Origin: an uncultured Lachnospiraceae bacterium
GTDB lineage: Bacteria > Bacillota > Clostridia > Lachnospirales > Lachnospiraceae
Assembly: GCA_947566705.1 (NCBI GenBank)
Contig: CANOLA010000008.1
Coordinates: forward strand, 634 to 64,633
Direction: 5' to 3'
DNA: 64,000 nucleotides
The notes under the pieces are model-generated. The model worked only from the letters and a program-made list of their open reading frames with translations, was not told the DNA's origin and made no database searches. How positions within the stretch are numbered: position 1 is the stretch's first letter; each line of letters opens with the position of its first letter. Position numbers and translations under genes: made by a program. Below are positions 12,180 to 19,734 of the stretch, piece after piece.

Positions 12180-12863
12180 CTACTTACCAGACTTTACGGT
12201 CTCTTTAACTGTAATCAGAGCCTTTTTCGCTCCCGGAACAGCACCCTTGATTAACAGTAAGTTCTTCTCTGCGTCAACCCTTACAACCTCAAGGTTCTGT
12301 GTTGTAACCTTTACGCACCCCATATGTCCAGGCATTCCTTTTCCCTTGAACACACGGCTTGGAGAAGAGCAGGCTCCGTTGGAACCCTGGTGACGATGGA
12401 ACTTGGAACCATGCGCCATCGGTCCTCTGTGCTGGCCGTGTCTCTTGATTGCGCCCTGAAAACCTTTACCTTTGGAAATGGCGCTTACATCAACCTTGTC
12501 TCCTTCTGCGAAGATATCGGCCTTAATTTCATCTGCCAGATTATACTCGTCTGCATTCTCTAATTTGAACTCACGGACATATCTCTTTCCGGATACGCCA
12601 GCTTTGGCGAAATGTCCCATCTCCGGTTTGTTTACGCCATGTCTGCAGCGTACTTTTTTCTTTCCGCCGGCATCTTTATTGACAATCTTTTCCTTCTTGT
12701 CCATAAAGCCCACCTGGACTGCGCTGTAACCATCGTTGTCAACGGTTTTAATCTGTGTGACAACACAAGGTCCGGCCTGCAGAACTGTGACCGGCACTAA
12801 AACGCCGTCAGCGTTGAAGATCTGCGTCATTCCGAGTTTTGTTGCTAAAATTGCTTTCTTCAT
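12180..12863 (-). CDS. rplC: 50S ribosomal protein L3
   Basis: [23 protein letters not shown]. Confidence 0.99.
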   Translation of the reverse strand: MKKAILATKLGMTQIFNADGVLVPVTVLQAGPCVVTQIKTVDNDGYSAVQVGFMDKKEKIVNKDAGGKKKVRCRHGVNKPEMGHFAKAGVSGKRYVREFKLENADEYNLADEIKADIFAEGDKVDVSAISKGKGFQGAIKRHGQHRGPMAHGSKFHRHQGSNGACSSPSRVFKGKGMPGHMGCVKVTTQNLEVVRVDAEKNLLLIKGAVPGAKKALITVKETVKSGK

Positions 12864-13018
12864 TTCTTACCTCCTGTTTGGTTAAGTTTTTTACAAAACC
12901 CAACACATTTTCTACAGCGGAACGCTTCTTGCCTGCATCCGGTATATGAAACTTTCCCGGAACAAGTAGCGGAACCGTTCATCCTAGAATATATATAAAC
13001 TATTCAGGATTTCCATAA

Positions 13019-13336
13019 TTATTTTTGTTTCATTTTGATATCAATGTACACACCTGCCGGCATCTCTAAGCGGGAAAGTGCATCAACCGTCTTCTGGGTT
13101 GGTGTCACGATATCAATCAGTCTCTTATGAGTCCTCTGCTCGAACTGCTCACGGGAATCCTTATACTTGTGAGTTGCCCTTAAAATAGTAACAACCTCTC
13201 TCTTTGTCGGAAGAGGTACCGGTCCGCTCACCTGTGATCCGTTCTTCTTTACAGTTTCGATGATTTTTTTGGCTGATGAATCCACCAGTTCGTGATCATA
13301 AGCCTTGAGGGTGATTCTCATTACTTGACTTGCCAT
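13019..13336 (-). CDS. rpsJ: 30S ribosomal protein S10
   Basis: [26 protein letters not shown]. Confidence 0.99.
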   Translation of the reverse strand: MASQVMRITLKAYDHELVDSSAKKIIETVKKNGSQVSGPVPLPTKREVVTILRATHKYKDSREQFEQRTHKRLIDIVTPTQKTVDALSRLEMPAGVYIDIKMKQK

Positions 13337-13412
13337 AAAAAAAGTCGCCTCCTTTTCGCACTTTTAAATAGTACGACAAGCGGTGACTGTACACTTCTCC
13401 GTGTGTGTCATT

Positions 13413-13532
13413 GTGATAAGGTGCCGCTTGCGGCGGATTCCTTGTCACCCCTTGCAATAAGGTGTCACGCAGTGACGGATTCCTTGTTGCCCATTGCGAT
13501 AGGGTAGTGGCTTGCGGCGGATTCCTTGTTGC
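13413..13532. repeat. three tandem ~42-bp hairpin repeats (REP-like) in the rpsJ leader
   Basis: Units at 13413-13448, 13454-13490 and 13496-13532 share ATA(A/G)GGT...CGGATTCCTTGT; each has an outer stem and an inner hairpin (decayed in unit 3). Confidence 0.85.
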
Positions 13533-13635
13533 CACATCCTGACTCCTGCATCTTCTTCAAACACTACACGTTGTTTCTACCTCTGGTAGACCATATTACC
13601 TGTACAGTGACTTGTCGTCAGTTTCCTAACTTGAC

Positions 13636-13706
13636 ATTCGCTCCGCGGAAAACCTGCCACGGCGGGCAGCAACCTCGCGCTTCACAGCTATCATGCCACA
13701 GCAACG
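13636..13706 (-). promoter_or_regulatory. putative structured 5' leader of the S10 operon
   Basis: GCGCGAGGTTGCTGCCCGCCGTGGCAG just after the promoter; resembles GAGGTTGCTG-type Bacillota rpsJ leaders (from memory). Confidence 0.5.
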
Positions 13707-13709
13707 CCT

Positions 13710-13738
13710 ATTATACATGACGTTTTGGGAAAATGCAA
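13710..13738 (-). promoter_or_regulatory. S10 operon promoter
   Basis: TTGCAT-17bp-TATAAT on minus strand. Confidence 0.75.
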
Positions 13739-13778
13739 GTACTTTTTTCTTTTTTTACAAATTCGCACTCTTTATGCT

Positions 13779-14144
13779 TTATACAATCTGCGAGGTCTTA
13801 TGTTTATCATGATATAAATGGTAAAAAAAGAGAACCAGACAGACAATTCCCACAATCCATGCCGGAACTGCAAGTATGTTTCGTATTTTTCCCCACTTCA
13901 TATATGTCGCGTAATCCGCATAGCTTTCAAAAACGGGTGAAAAGTGAAGCTGTTTCCCTTCATACCCGAACACCCCGACAAGCCCGATTGGTTTGCCGCA
14001 GGAAGAACAATGTTCCCCCTCAAATTCCACTTTACAGTGCTTACAGGATGGCGGCTCTATTTTCCCCATCCTCAGTACCGGAAGATTATTCCCGGCATAA
14101 ATGAATACAAGTGCAAGAATCAGAAAAATCCATTTTTTATTCAT
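13779..14144 (-). CDS. hypothetical membrane protein with CxxC-x9-CxxC zinc-ribbon-like motif
   Basis: N- and C-terminal hydrophobic segments, CKHC...CSSC; RBS GGAAGGGAG. Confidence 0.7.
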   Translation of the reverse strand: MNKKWIFLILALVFIYAGNNLPVLRMGKIEPPSCKHCKVEFEGEHCSSCGKPIGLVGVFGYEGKQLHFSPVFESYADYATYMKWGKIRNILAVPAWIVGIVCLVLFFYHLYHDKHKTSQIV

Positions 14145-14208
14145 ACTGTCTCCCTTCCATTATATCACAAACAGCCACAGTTCCATCTGCGGCTGTTCGT
14201 GTATGCAT

Positions 14209-15051
14209 TTATTCAAGCTCCTGTATAATAAGCCGGAAGCCTGCAATGGTGTGCATGTCTAAATCCTCATCAAAATGGAAAACCAAACTCTTCAAATCTG
14301 GCTGTAACATTCCCGTCAATTGGAATATAGCCTCCTCTTTTTCTTCCAATAACTGCACTTCCTCCGGTGGTTCTGCCTGATATTTCTTACGATCTTTTCC
14401 CTGAACAACAGTTGGAATCCTAATTACATATTCACTGCTTCCATTTTTCAAATCCGCAACAACATAAGCAACCCGTTCATTTTTCTGCCAGTCCGTGTCT
14501 GATTCAATCCTGCCGCCAAGCGGGCAGAGTTTTACGAACATGCTAATCCCATTGCCGTCCGTTGCCTCAAACTCACGCATAGGAATTCTTGTGATTTCCA
14601 TTTCCTCCTTCTTTATCTGCGAGCTGTCTAATACATCTTCGGCTTTCCATTTCATACTCCGGAAAACTCCTGCGCTTTTCTCCAGTTCCTCCTCTGAAAC
14701 TGTATAATCCCCTGTTTCAACAACACGGTAACTGCCGTCTTGCATTTCTTCCACTTTGTCGCTTCCCACAATCAAACACTCATAATATTCCCGTACAACG
14801 GAATCCGGGTGTGCTACATCCTTCAGAAGCTTCATATCATAAGTCAACCGTGCCATGGAAAGTTCCGGACAGATTTCCAGAGAAATAATATTAATTTCCA
14901 CATCATCTGTTTTATGAGGTTTTAACTTCTGCCCTGCCACCTCCTGTGTTTCCATGCTTGCTATCTCTTCTGTTTGTTCGGTGTCTTTTCCAGTTCCGCA
15001 TGCACTCAATAAAAATAGAAAAACAGCTATGACCATGTATATTCTTTTCAT
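14209..15051 (-). CDS. hypothetical lipoprotein
   Basis: Signal peptide with lipobox LSAC; RBS AGGAGG. Confidence 0.75.
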   Translation of the reverse strand: MKRIYMVIAVFLFLLSACGTGKDTEQTEEIASMETQEVAGQKLKPHKTDDVEINIISLEICPELSMARLTYDMKLLKDVAHPDSVVREYYECLIVGSDKVEEMQDGSYRVVETGDYTVSEEELEKSAGVFRSMKWKAEDVLDSSQIKKEEMEITRIPMREFEATDGNGISMFVKLCPLGGRIESDTDWQKNERVAYVVADLKNGSSEYVIRIPTVVQGKDRKKYQAEPPEEVQLLEEKEEAIFQLTGMLQPDLKSLVFHFDEDLDMHTIAGFRLIIQELE

Positions 15052-15061
15052 AAAAACCTCC

Positions 15062-15117
15062 TAAATAAAAATAGGGAACAATAGTAATGATATATTTCTA
15101 TCTAAATATTGTTCCCT
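15062..15117 (-). terminator. intrinsic terminator after the small beta-rich gene
   Basis: AGGGAACAATA/TATTGTTCCCT 11-bp inverted repeat followed by ATTTTTATTT on minus strand. Confidence 0.6.
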
Positions 15118-15130
15118 CTTTCCCTAAAAA

Positions 15131-15484
15131 CTACCCAACATTAACATGTGCCGTTAAGTAAACATCAGAAGCCGTGCCCACAATGCTTACCAATAGTTCT
15201 ATTCTCGTATTTTCATAAGCAGATTTCGGTGTAACATCAATAGGCAATGTCGTCCCATAAGATTGTGAACCAAATTCAATGCTTTTAATTTTATCACCTA
15301 TTTTAAACTCATAGTTAATAGGAGATACACTTATTTTTCCAACAGTGCTAAATCCCATTGTTCCATTTACAACTGCACCGAATTGAAGTGCCTTCGTCGT
15401 ATATGGATAGGATAACTTAATTGTACTTTTCGGTGTCGAATATCCAGTCCATTCAATATTCCCCGATGACGGATAATTTGCCAT
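15131..15484 (-). CDS. small beta-rich hypothetical protein (alternative start at 15538)
   Basis: Strong RBS AAAGGAGG before MANYPSSG; own promoter/operator and terminator. Confidence 0.7.
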   Translation of the reverse strand: MANYPSSGNIEWTGYSTPKSTIKLSYPYTTKALQFGAVVNGTMGFSTVGKISVSPINYEFKIGDKIKSIEFGSQSYGTTLPIDVTPKSAYENTRIELLVSIVGTASDVYLTAHVNVG

Positions 15485-15620
15485 AATAATTCCTCCTTTG
15501 TGAATCTGTTTTAAAAGGTTACACCATGCATTCTCCATATCACCCCCTCATAGCTTTTATTACAAGCATCCGTTTGCAACCAGACACTAAATATATAAAT
15601 GTACATTATATATCGCATAT

Positions 15621-15636
15621 GTCTATCCCATTAGAC
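15621..15636. promoter_or_regulatory. putative BlaI-family operator GTCTA-N6-TAGAC
   Basis: GTCTATCCCATTAGAC, same motif as in the blaI promoter; next to TATAAT at 15605-15610. Confidence 0.65.
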
Positions 15637-15647
15637 TTATTGTCCGA

Positions 15648-15678
15648 AAGAAAAGTGCCCTGTGGCACAATTTTTCTT
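15648..15678 (-). terminator. intrinsic terminator after the M56 gene
   Basis: GTGCC-ACAG-GGCAC stem followed by TTTTCTTT on minus strand. Confidence 0.55.
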
Positions 15679-15689
15679 GTGACCTGCTT

Positions 15690-17027
15690 TCAGCGCGTGG
15701 AATAGTTTCCATGCACATTTACCCTTGTTTCCCCTTTATTTAACACAAAGAACCTGTAAACCCCGCTTTCTTCTATATAAAAGCTATGTTCTGCCTGACC
15801 GTTTCGGATAATATAACGGCTCGAACCATCCGGCTGGAGCAGCCCGCAGGACACTTCCTTTCCGTGTGAATCCATTTCCAGCATAACAGAAACCGACTGT
15901 CCTTTTTTCAAATGAATTTCCGGTCCCACTGTCTGTATGCAGGCTGGAATCTTCCATGAAAAACTATTCTTCCAAGGCGACTCATGTCCGGCAGACACTG
16001 TCCCTTCTACAGTGATATATTCTTCCCATGTCTGGTCGCTGCTGCCTGCCAGATAAATTCCCGCCCGGCGCACTGCCGCCGCAAGAACATCTGCTGCCGA
16101 AAGGGATGCCGCGCTGACGCTTCCAGTTCCCGTAAACAGTAACAGAACAATCGCAAAAGCTGCCGCAAGCCTGGAACGTTTTTTCACCAGATATGCGCGT
16201 TTTACATGCTCAATTCTTTTGCGGATTGCACTTTTTCCCCCCGCAAGACCTGACACGGATCCTACAGTTTTCCGGCCGCCCTGCATCAGACAGAGAATGT
16301 TTTCATAATAATCCGCAAACTTTCCAGTTCCCCTGCACACCGCATCATCGACCGCGTATTCGCTCCAGTTTTGCAGCAGGCAGAAATACCACCATGCAAA
16401 CGGGTTCGCCGCATGTAAAATACAAATAAGATATGCGACATTCTTGTAAAAAACATCTTTATGTAAAACGTGCGCCAGTTCATGCCGGAAAATAATTTCC
16501 AGTTCATGTTCCCCGTAATTACAGGCAGGAAGAATAATGACCGGATGGAAAATCCCGGCAGTAAACGGTATTGTTTCGTATTCCGAAATCCGCAGCACCG
16601 CCTTTGCCCCCGGAATCTTTAATTCTTCCAGAATTTTAGCAAAGCTGTCAAGAATTCTGCCGTCTTCACAGACAGCAGAAACTGCCAACCGTTTATGCAA
16701 ACATACACGTTCCCTCAGGTAAAAACAAAACACAGCCGCTGCCACCACAACCCACAGTCCAAAAAAGATTTTTCCCGCCATGGACAAAAACGGTGTTGGC
16801 AGAAACAGAAAACCCTGCCAGCGGTACAACTGCAGATTCAGCCATTTTAAAACGCAGTATGCAATAGGTAACAACCAGAAACATGCCAGCGTTTTTAACA
16901 GCCGGTATGCAACGCTTATAAAACCAAGACGCTCTAACAGCCGTCCCGCCAAAAACCATATGCCAGTAAGCAGTGCCCCGGTAATGGTGGTAAATGCAAG
17001 GGCATATACCAGTTCACTCATCCACAT
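15690..17027 (-). CDS. M56 family (BlaR1/MecR1-like) membrane metallopeptidase with non-penicillin-binding C-terminal domain
   Basis: N-terminal TMs, PFTAGIFHPVIILP, HELAH zincin motif, NPFAWW, EYAVDDAV. Confidence 0.9.
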   Translation of the reverse strand: MWMSELVYALAFTTITGALLTGIWFLAGRLLERLGFISVAYRLLKTLACFWLLPIAYCVLKWLNLQLYRWQGFLFLPTPFLSMAGKIFFGLWVVVAAAVFCFYLRERVCLHKRLAVSAVCEDGRILDSFAKILEELKIPGAKAVLRISEYETIPFTAGIFHPVIILPACNYGEHELEIIFRHELAHVLHKDVFYKNVAYLICILHAANPFAWWYFCLLQNWSEYAVDDAVCRGTGKFADYYENILCLMQGGRKTVGSVSGLAGGKSAIRKRIEHVKRAYLVKKRSRLAAAFAIVLLLFTGTGSVSAASLSAADVLAAAVRRAGIYLAGSSDQTWEEYITVEGTVSAGHESPWKNSFSWKIPACIQTVGPEIHLKKGQSVSVMLEMDSHGKEVSCGLLQPDGSSRYIIRNGQAEHSFYIEESGVYRFFVLNKGETRVNVHGNYSTR

Positions 17028-17397
17028 CCAAAAGCTCCTTTATTTTTTCAATCTCATCCTTCGGCATCTCCTGTGATTCACAGAGTGCGGCAACAAGTCT
17101 GGACGGCTTCCCGCCGAACCAGAAATTCGTCTGCTCCTTTAACAGTCTGCTCTTATATTCGTCCTCGCTTTTTTCAGCATGAACATAAGATGCTTTTCCG
17201 ATTCGATAGGTACTCACATAGCCTTTTTCCGCCATCTTGGACAAAAAGGTTACGACAGTGGTGCGCGCATAATTTTTATCAAAACGAATGGCTAGCTCAC
17301 GGATTAATTCCTGTACTGCAATATCCTCTTTTGCATCCCATATAACTTTCATAATTAAGGTTTCGCAGCCGCTAAGCTCTCCCATAATTGGATTCAT
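17014..17397 (-). CDS. BlaI/MecI/CopY family transcriptional repressor
   Basis: LSGCETLIMKVIW...YARTTVVTFLSKMAEKGYV; overlaps the M56 start. Confidence 0.92.
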   Translation of the reverse strand: MNPIMGELSGCETLIMKVIWDAKEDIAVQELIRELAIRFDKNYARTTVVTFLSKMAEKGYVSTYRIGKASYVHAEKSEDEYKSRLLKEQTNFWFGGKPSRLVAALCESQEMPKDEIEKIKELLDVDE

Positions 17398-17411
17398 GGT
17401 TTTCTCCTTTC

Positions 17412-17462
17412 GTCTACTTTATTAGACACGTCTATTATAACAGACGCATGAGGAAAATTCAA
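17412..17462 (-). promoter_or_regulatory. blaI promoter with two tandem GTCTA-N6-(T/C)AGAC operators
   Basis: GTCTACTTTATTAGAC (17412-17427) and GTCTATTATAACAGAC (17430-17445); TTGAAT-17-TATAAT with the -10 inside the second box. Confidence 0.75.
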
Positions 17463-17583
17463 TATGTTTCATAAAATTTTTTATATCCTTTTTTCTTGCC
17501 CTTCTTCTTATTCTATTATAGAATAATTAAGTAATTGTAAAATGTTTTTTGCAATTATCAATTACAATCTTAAGGAGAAAATT

Positions 17584-18465
17584 ATGTGGTTAGCCGATAA
17601 ATGGAATGATTATGAAGTAATAGACTGCTCCGCCGGGGAAAAGCTGGAGCGGTGGGACAAATATATTCTTGTAAGACCGGATCCGCAGGTAATCTGGAAT
17701 ACCCCGAAAAAGGAAAAGGGCTGGAAACAGAAAAACGGACATTACCACCGCAGTGAAAAGGGCGGCGGCTCATGGGAGTTCTTTCACCTGCCGGAAGAAT
17801 GGTGTATCCACTACACGCTTCCCATTGGCAAAGAGCTGACGTTTCATTTAAAACCATTCAGTTTTAAACATACCGGGCTGTTCCCGGAGCAGGCCGCAAA
17901 CTGGGACTGGTTTTCCCAGATTATCCAGAAAGAAACGAAAAAAGGACGCGAAGTCAAAGTCCTGAATTTATTTGCATACACCGGCGGAGCAACACTTGCC
18001 GCAGCAGCTGCCGGGGCACATGTCACCCACGTGGACGCCTCCAAAGGAATGGTAAACTGGGCAAAGGAAAACGCCATTTCCTCCGGGTTAAAGGATGCCC
18101 CTGTCCGCTGGCTCGTGGACGACTGTGTAAAATTTGTGGAGCGTGAAATCCGCCGCGGAAATCATTATGATGCGGTTATTATGGACCCGCCTTCCTATGG
18201 CAGAGGTCCGAAAGGGGAAATCTGGAAAATTGAAGAAAATATTTACCCACTGCTTCTGCTCTGCAGGAAGCTTCTGGTGGACAATCCTCTTTTTTTCCTT
18301 ATAAATTCCTACACTACCGGACTGCAGCCTGCCGTGCTTTCCTATATGCTGAGTACTGTGTTAAAACAATTTCATGGAACTGTCCTTGCTGATGAAATCG
18401 GACTTCCGGTCACTGCAGGCGGACTGGTACTTCCGTGCGGCGCAAGCGGGAGGTTCTGTCAGTGA
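17584..18465 (+). CDS. class I SAM-dependent methyltransferase (RlmI/YwbD-like)
   Basis: KHTGLFPEQ, VLNLFAYTGG, HVDAS, DPPSYGRG. Confidence 0.9.
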   Translation: MWLADKWNDYEVIDCSAGEKLERWDKYILVRPDPQVIWNTPKKEKGWKQKNGHYHRSEKGGGSWEFFHLPEEWCIHYTLPIGKELTFHLKPFSFKHTGLFPEQAANWDWFSQIIQKETKKGREVKVLNLFAYTGGATLAAAAAGAHVTHVDASKGMVNWAKENAISSGLKDAPVRWLVDDCVKFVEREIRRGNHYDAVIMDPPSYGRGPKGEIWKIEENIYPLLLLCRKLLVDNPLFFLINSYTTGLQPAVLSYMLSTVLKQFHGTVLADEIGLPVTAGGLVLPCGASGRFCQ

Positions 18466-18912
18466 ATGGGTATAATAAAACCAAGTATTACAAGTTCCTC
18501 TTTTTCCAGAAAGCTGGATGTTACTTTTCCGTCAAACACATACACGGCATCATTGTACCTCCGGTATGCATTCCTTACTGACATTTTCTCGAAACAGGAT
18601 GCCAGCAGAGAGGCCTTTAATTCTGAGTAGTCCCCATCACTGGCAGTAAAGGATATACCGGTCTTTTTGTCAAGTTTTCCCGTGTAACGGATATAACTGC
18701 CCCCCTCTGCACTGGCGGGCAGTTTGTCCGGATAATGGTAGCTGCTCCAGCCGTTTATTCCCCGGCAGAAAGAAGCATAATCCGGAAACCATCTTCTGGT
18801 ACATGGCAGTATTTTTAAATACCGCAATACCCATACCCCCAGAATTAGAAAAACAAAAAAACAATTACTCCAATCGTAAGCATCTATTTACTGTTTTATT
18901 CTTTTTCACCAT
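18459..18912 (-). pseudogene. frameshifted, 3'-truncated paralog of the 19054-19734 membrane-anchored protein
   Basis: RBS GAGGAG + ATG at 18912, 5' frameshifts; ILP..RWF..Y..F, YP..LP..A, YVFDGKVTSSFLEKEEL vs YVFDKKLTSDFLEEEGL. Confidence 0.75.
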
Positions 18913-18926
18913 GTTTTCTCCTCATC

Positions 18927-19051
18927 TTAATGCCATGGTATTTTAAACGATTCTGCCTTTTCCTTTTCCCATGTACAAGTGTCATTCAGCCAGCCATACA
19001 TCTCATCTTGTACCCCCGTGCAATGGCGAGCATATACTGCTCATTAAGTTT
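18927..19051 (-). pseudogene. orphan copy of the C-terminal tip of the 1222-aa secreted protein
   Basis: KLNEQYMLAIARGY[5-bp duplication]EMYGWLNDTCTWEKEKAESFKIPWH* vs ELNEQDMLGLASGYELYGYLNDTCTWKPGEEKTLFKP*. Confidence 0.85.
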
Positions 19052-19053
19052 GA

Positions 19054-19734
19054 TTACCGCCTGCTTTGCCGAAATGCATCCCGAAATGCATCCCGAAAGC
19101 CAAACATAACCACCTCGTTCGTCTCATCATTGCAAAAAACACCTTCCAAATTACATAGTTCTCCCCCCTCCGCATCACCTTTGTATGCCAGTATTGTGTA
19201 ATGTTCCGCTGAATCATGAAATACTTTTCTTAAAAACTCTAGTCCCTCTTCCTCCAGGAAGTCAGAGGTAAGCTTTTTATCAAAAACATAGTCTGACTCC
19301 CTTTTTTCCGCCCGGTCTGTAATTTTTCCGTTTTCTTCCATTTCTTCCTGCCAGCTTCCCCTGTCATTGTCCTCTTCTATTTTATAGAATGACAGATATG
19401 TCTCTTTTGTTTTCTGATACTCCTCATTACTGACATTGAAGGAAACCGCTGACTTTGTGTCAAACCAGCCCTGATAATAATAGTATTTAATACTTCCTGC
19501 TCCTGATGGCAAATTTGGGGGATAGGGAACTGGAACACTGGCTGCGTTCTTATAAAAAATCGTATAGCTGATAAACCATCTCTGTGAATATGGCAGTATT
19601 CTGGATTCATGCAAAAACCATATACCCGGAAAGTAAAAAATCAAAAATATGATTCCTGCCGCCAATAGGACTCCCTTTTCACCTTCGCTCATTTTTTTCC
19701 TCTTCACCAGCATACCACCGCCCTCTAAAATCAT
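19054..19734 (-). CDS. single-TM membrane-anchored hypothetical protein, candidate immunity/partner protein
   Basis: N-terminal TM (VLLAAGIIFLIFYFPGIWFL); ATGA overlap with upstream stop (alternative start 19713). Confidence 0.8.
   Translation of the reverse strand: MILEGGGMLVKRKKMSEGEKGVLLAAGIIFLIFYFPGIWFLHESRILPYSQRWFISYTIFYKNAASVPVPYPPNLPSGAGSIKYYYYQGWFDTKSAVSFNVSNEEYQKTKETYLSFYKIEEDNDRGSWQEEMEENGKITDRAEKRESDYVFDKKLTSDFLEEEGLEFLRKVFHDSAEHYTILAYKGDAEGGELCNLEGVFCNDETNEVVMFGFRDAFRDAFRQSRR

Noticed and set aside
12640-12700. Insertion in L3 and N-terminal extension of L22 as novelties
   Set aside because: To my knowledge these are common lineage features of Lachnospiraceae ribosomal proteins
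13413-13532. Possible mini CRISPR array or attC array
   Set aside because: No unique spacers (units abut with ~5 bp gaps), no cas or integrase gene, no GTTRRRY/RYYYAAC ends; kept only as a REP-like repeat
15485-15538. Double-glycine bacteriocin-type leader (MENAWCNLLKQIHKGG)
   Set aside because: The GG codons coincide with the AAAGGAGG RBS of the downstream ATG, leader consensus spacing is off, and no peptidase-ABC exporter is nearby
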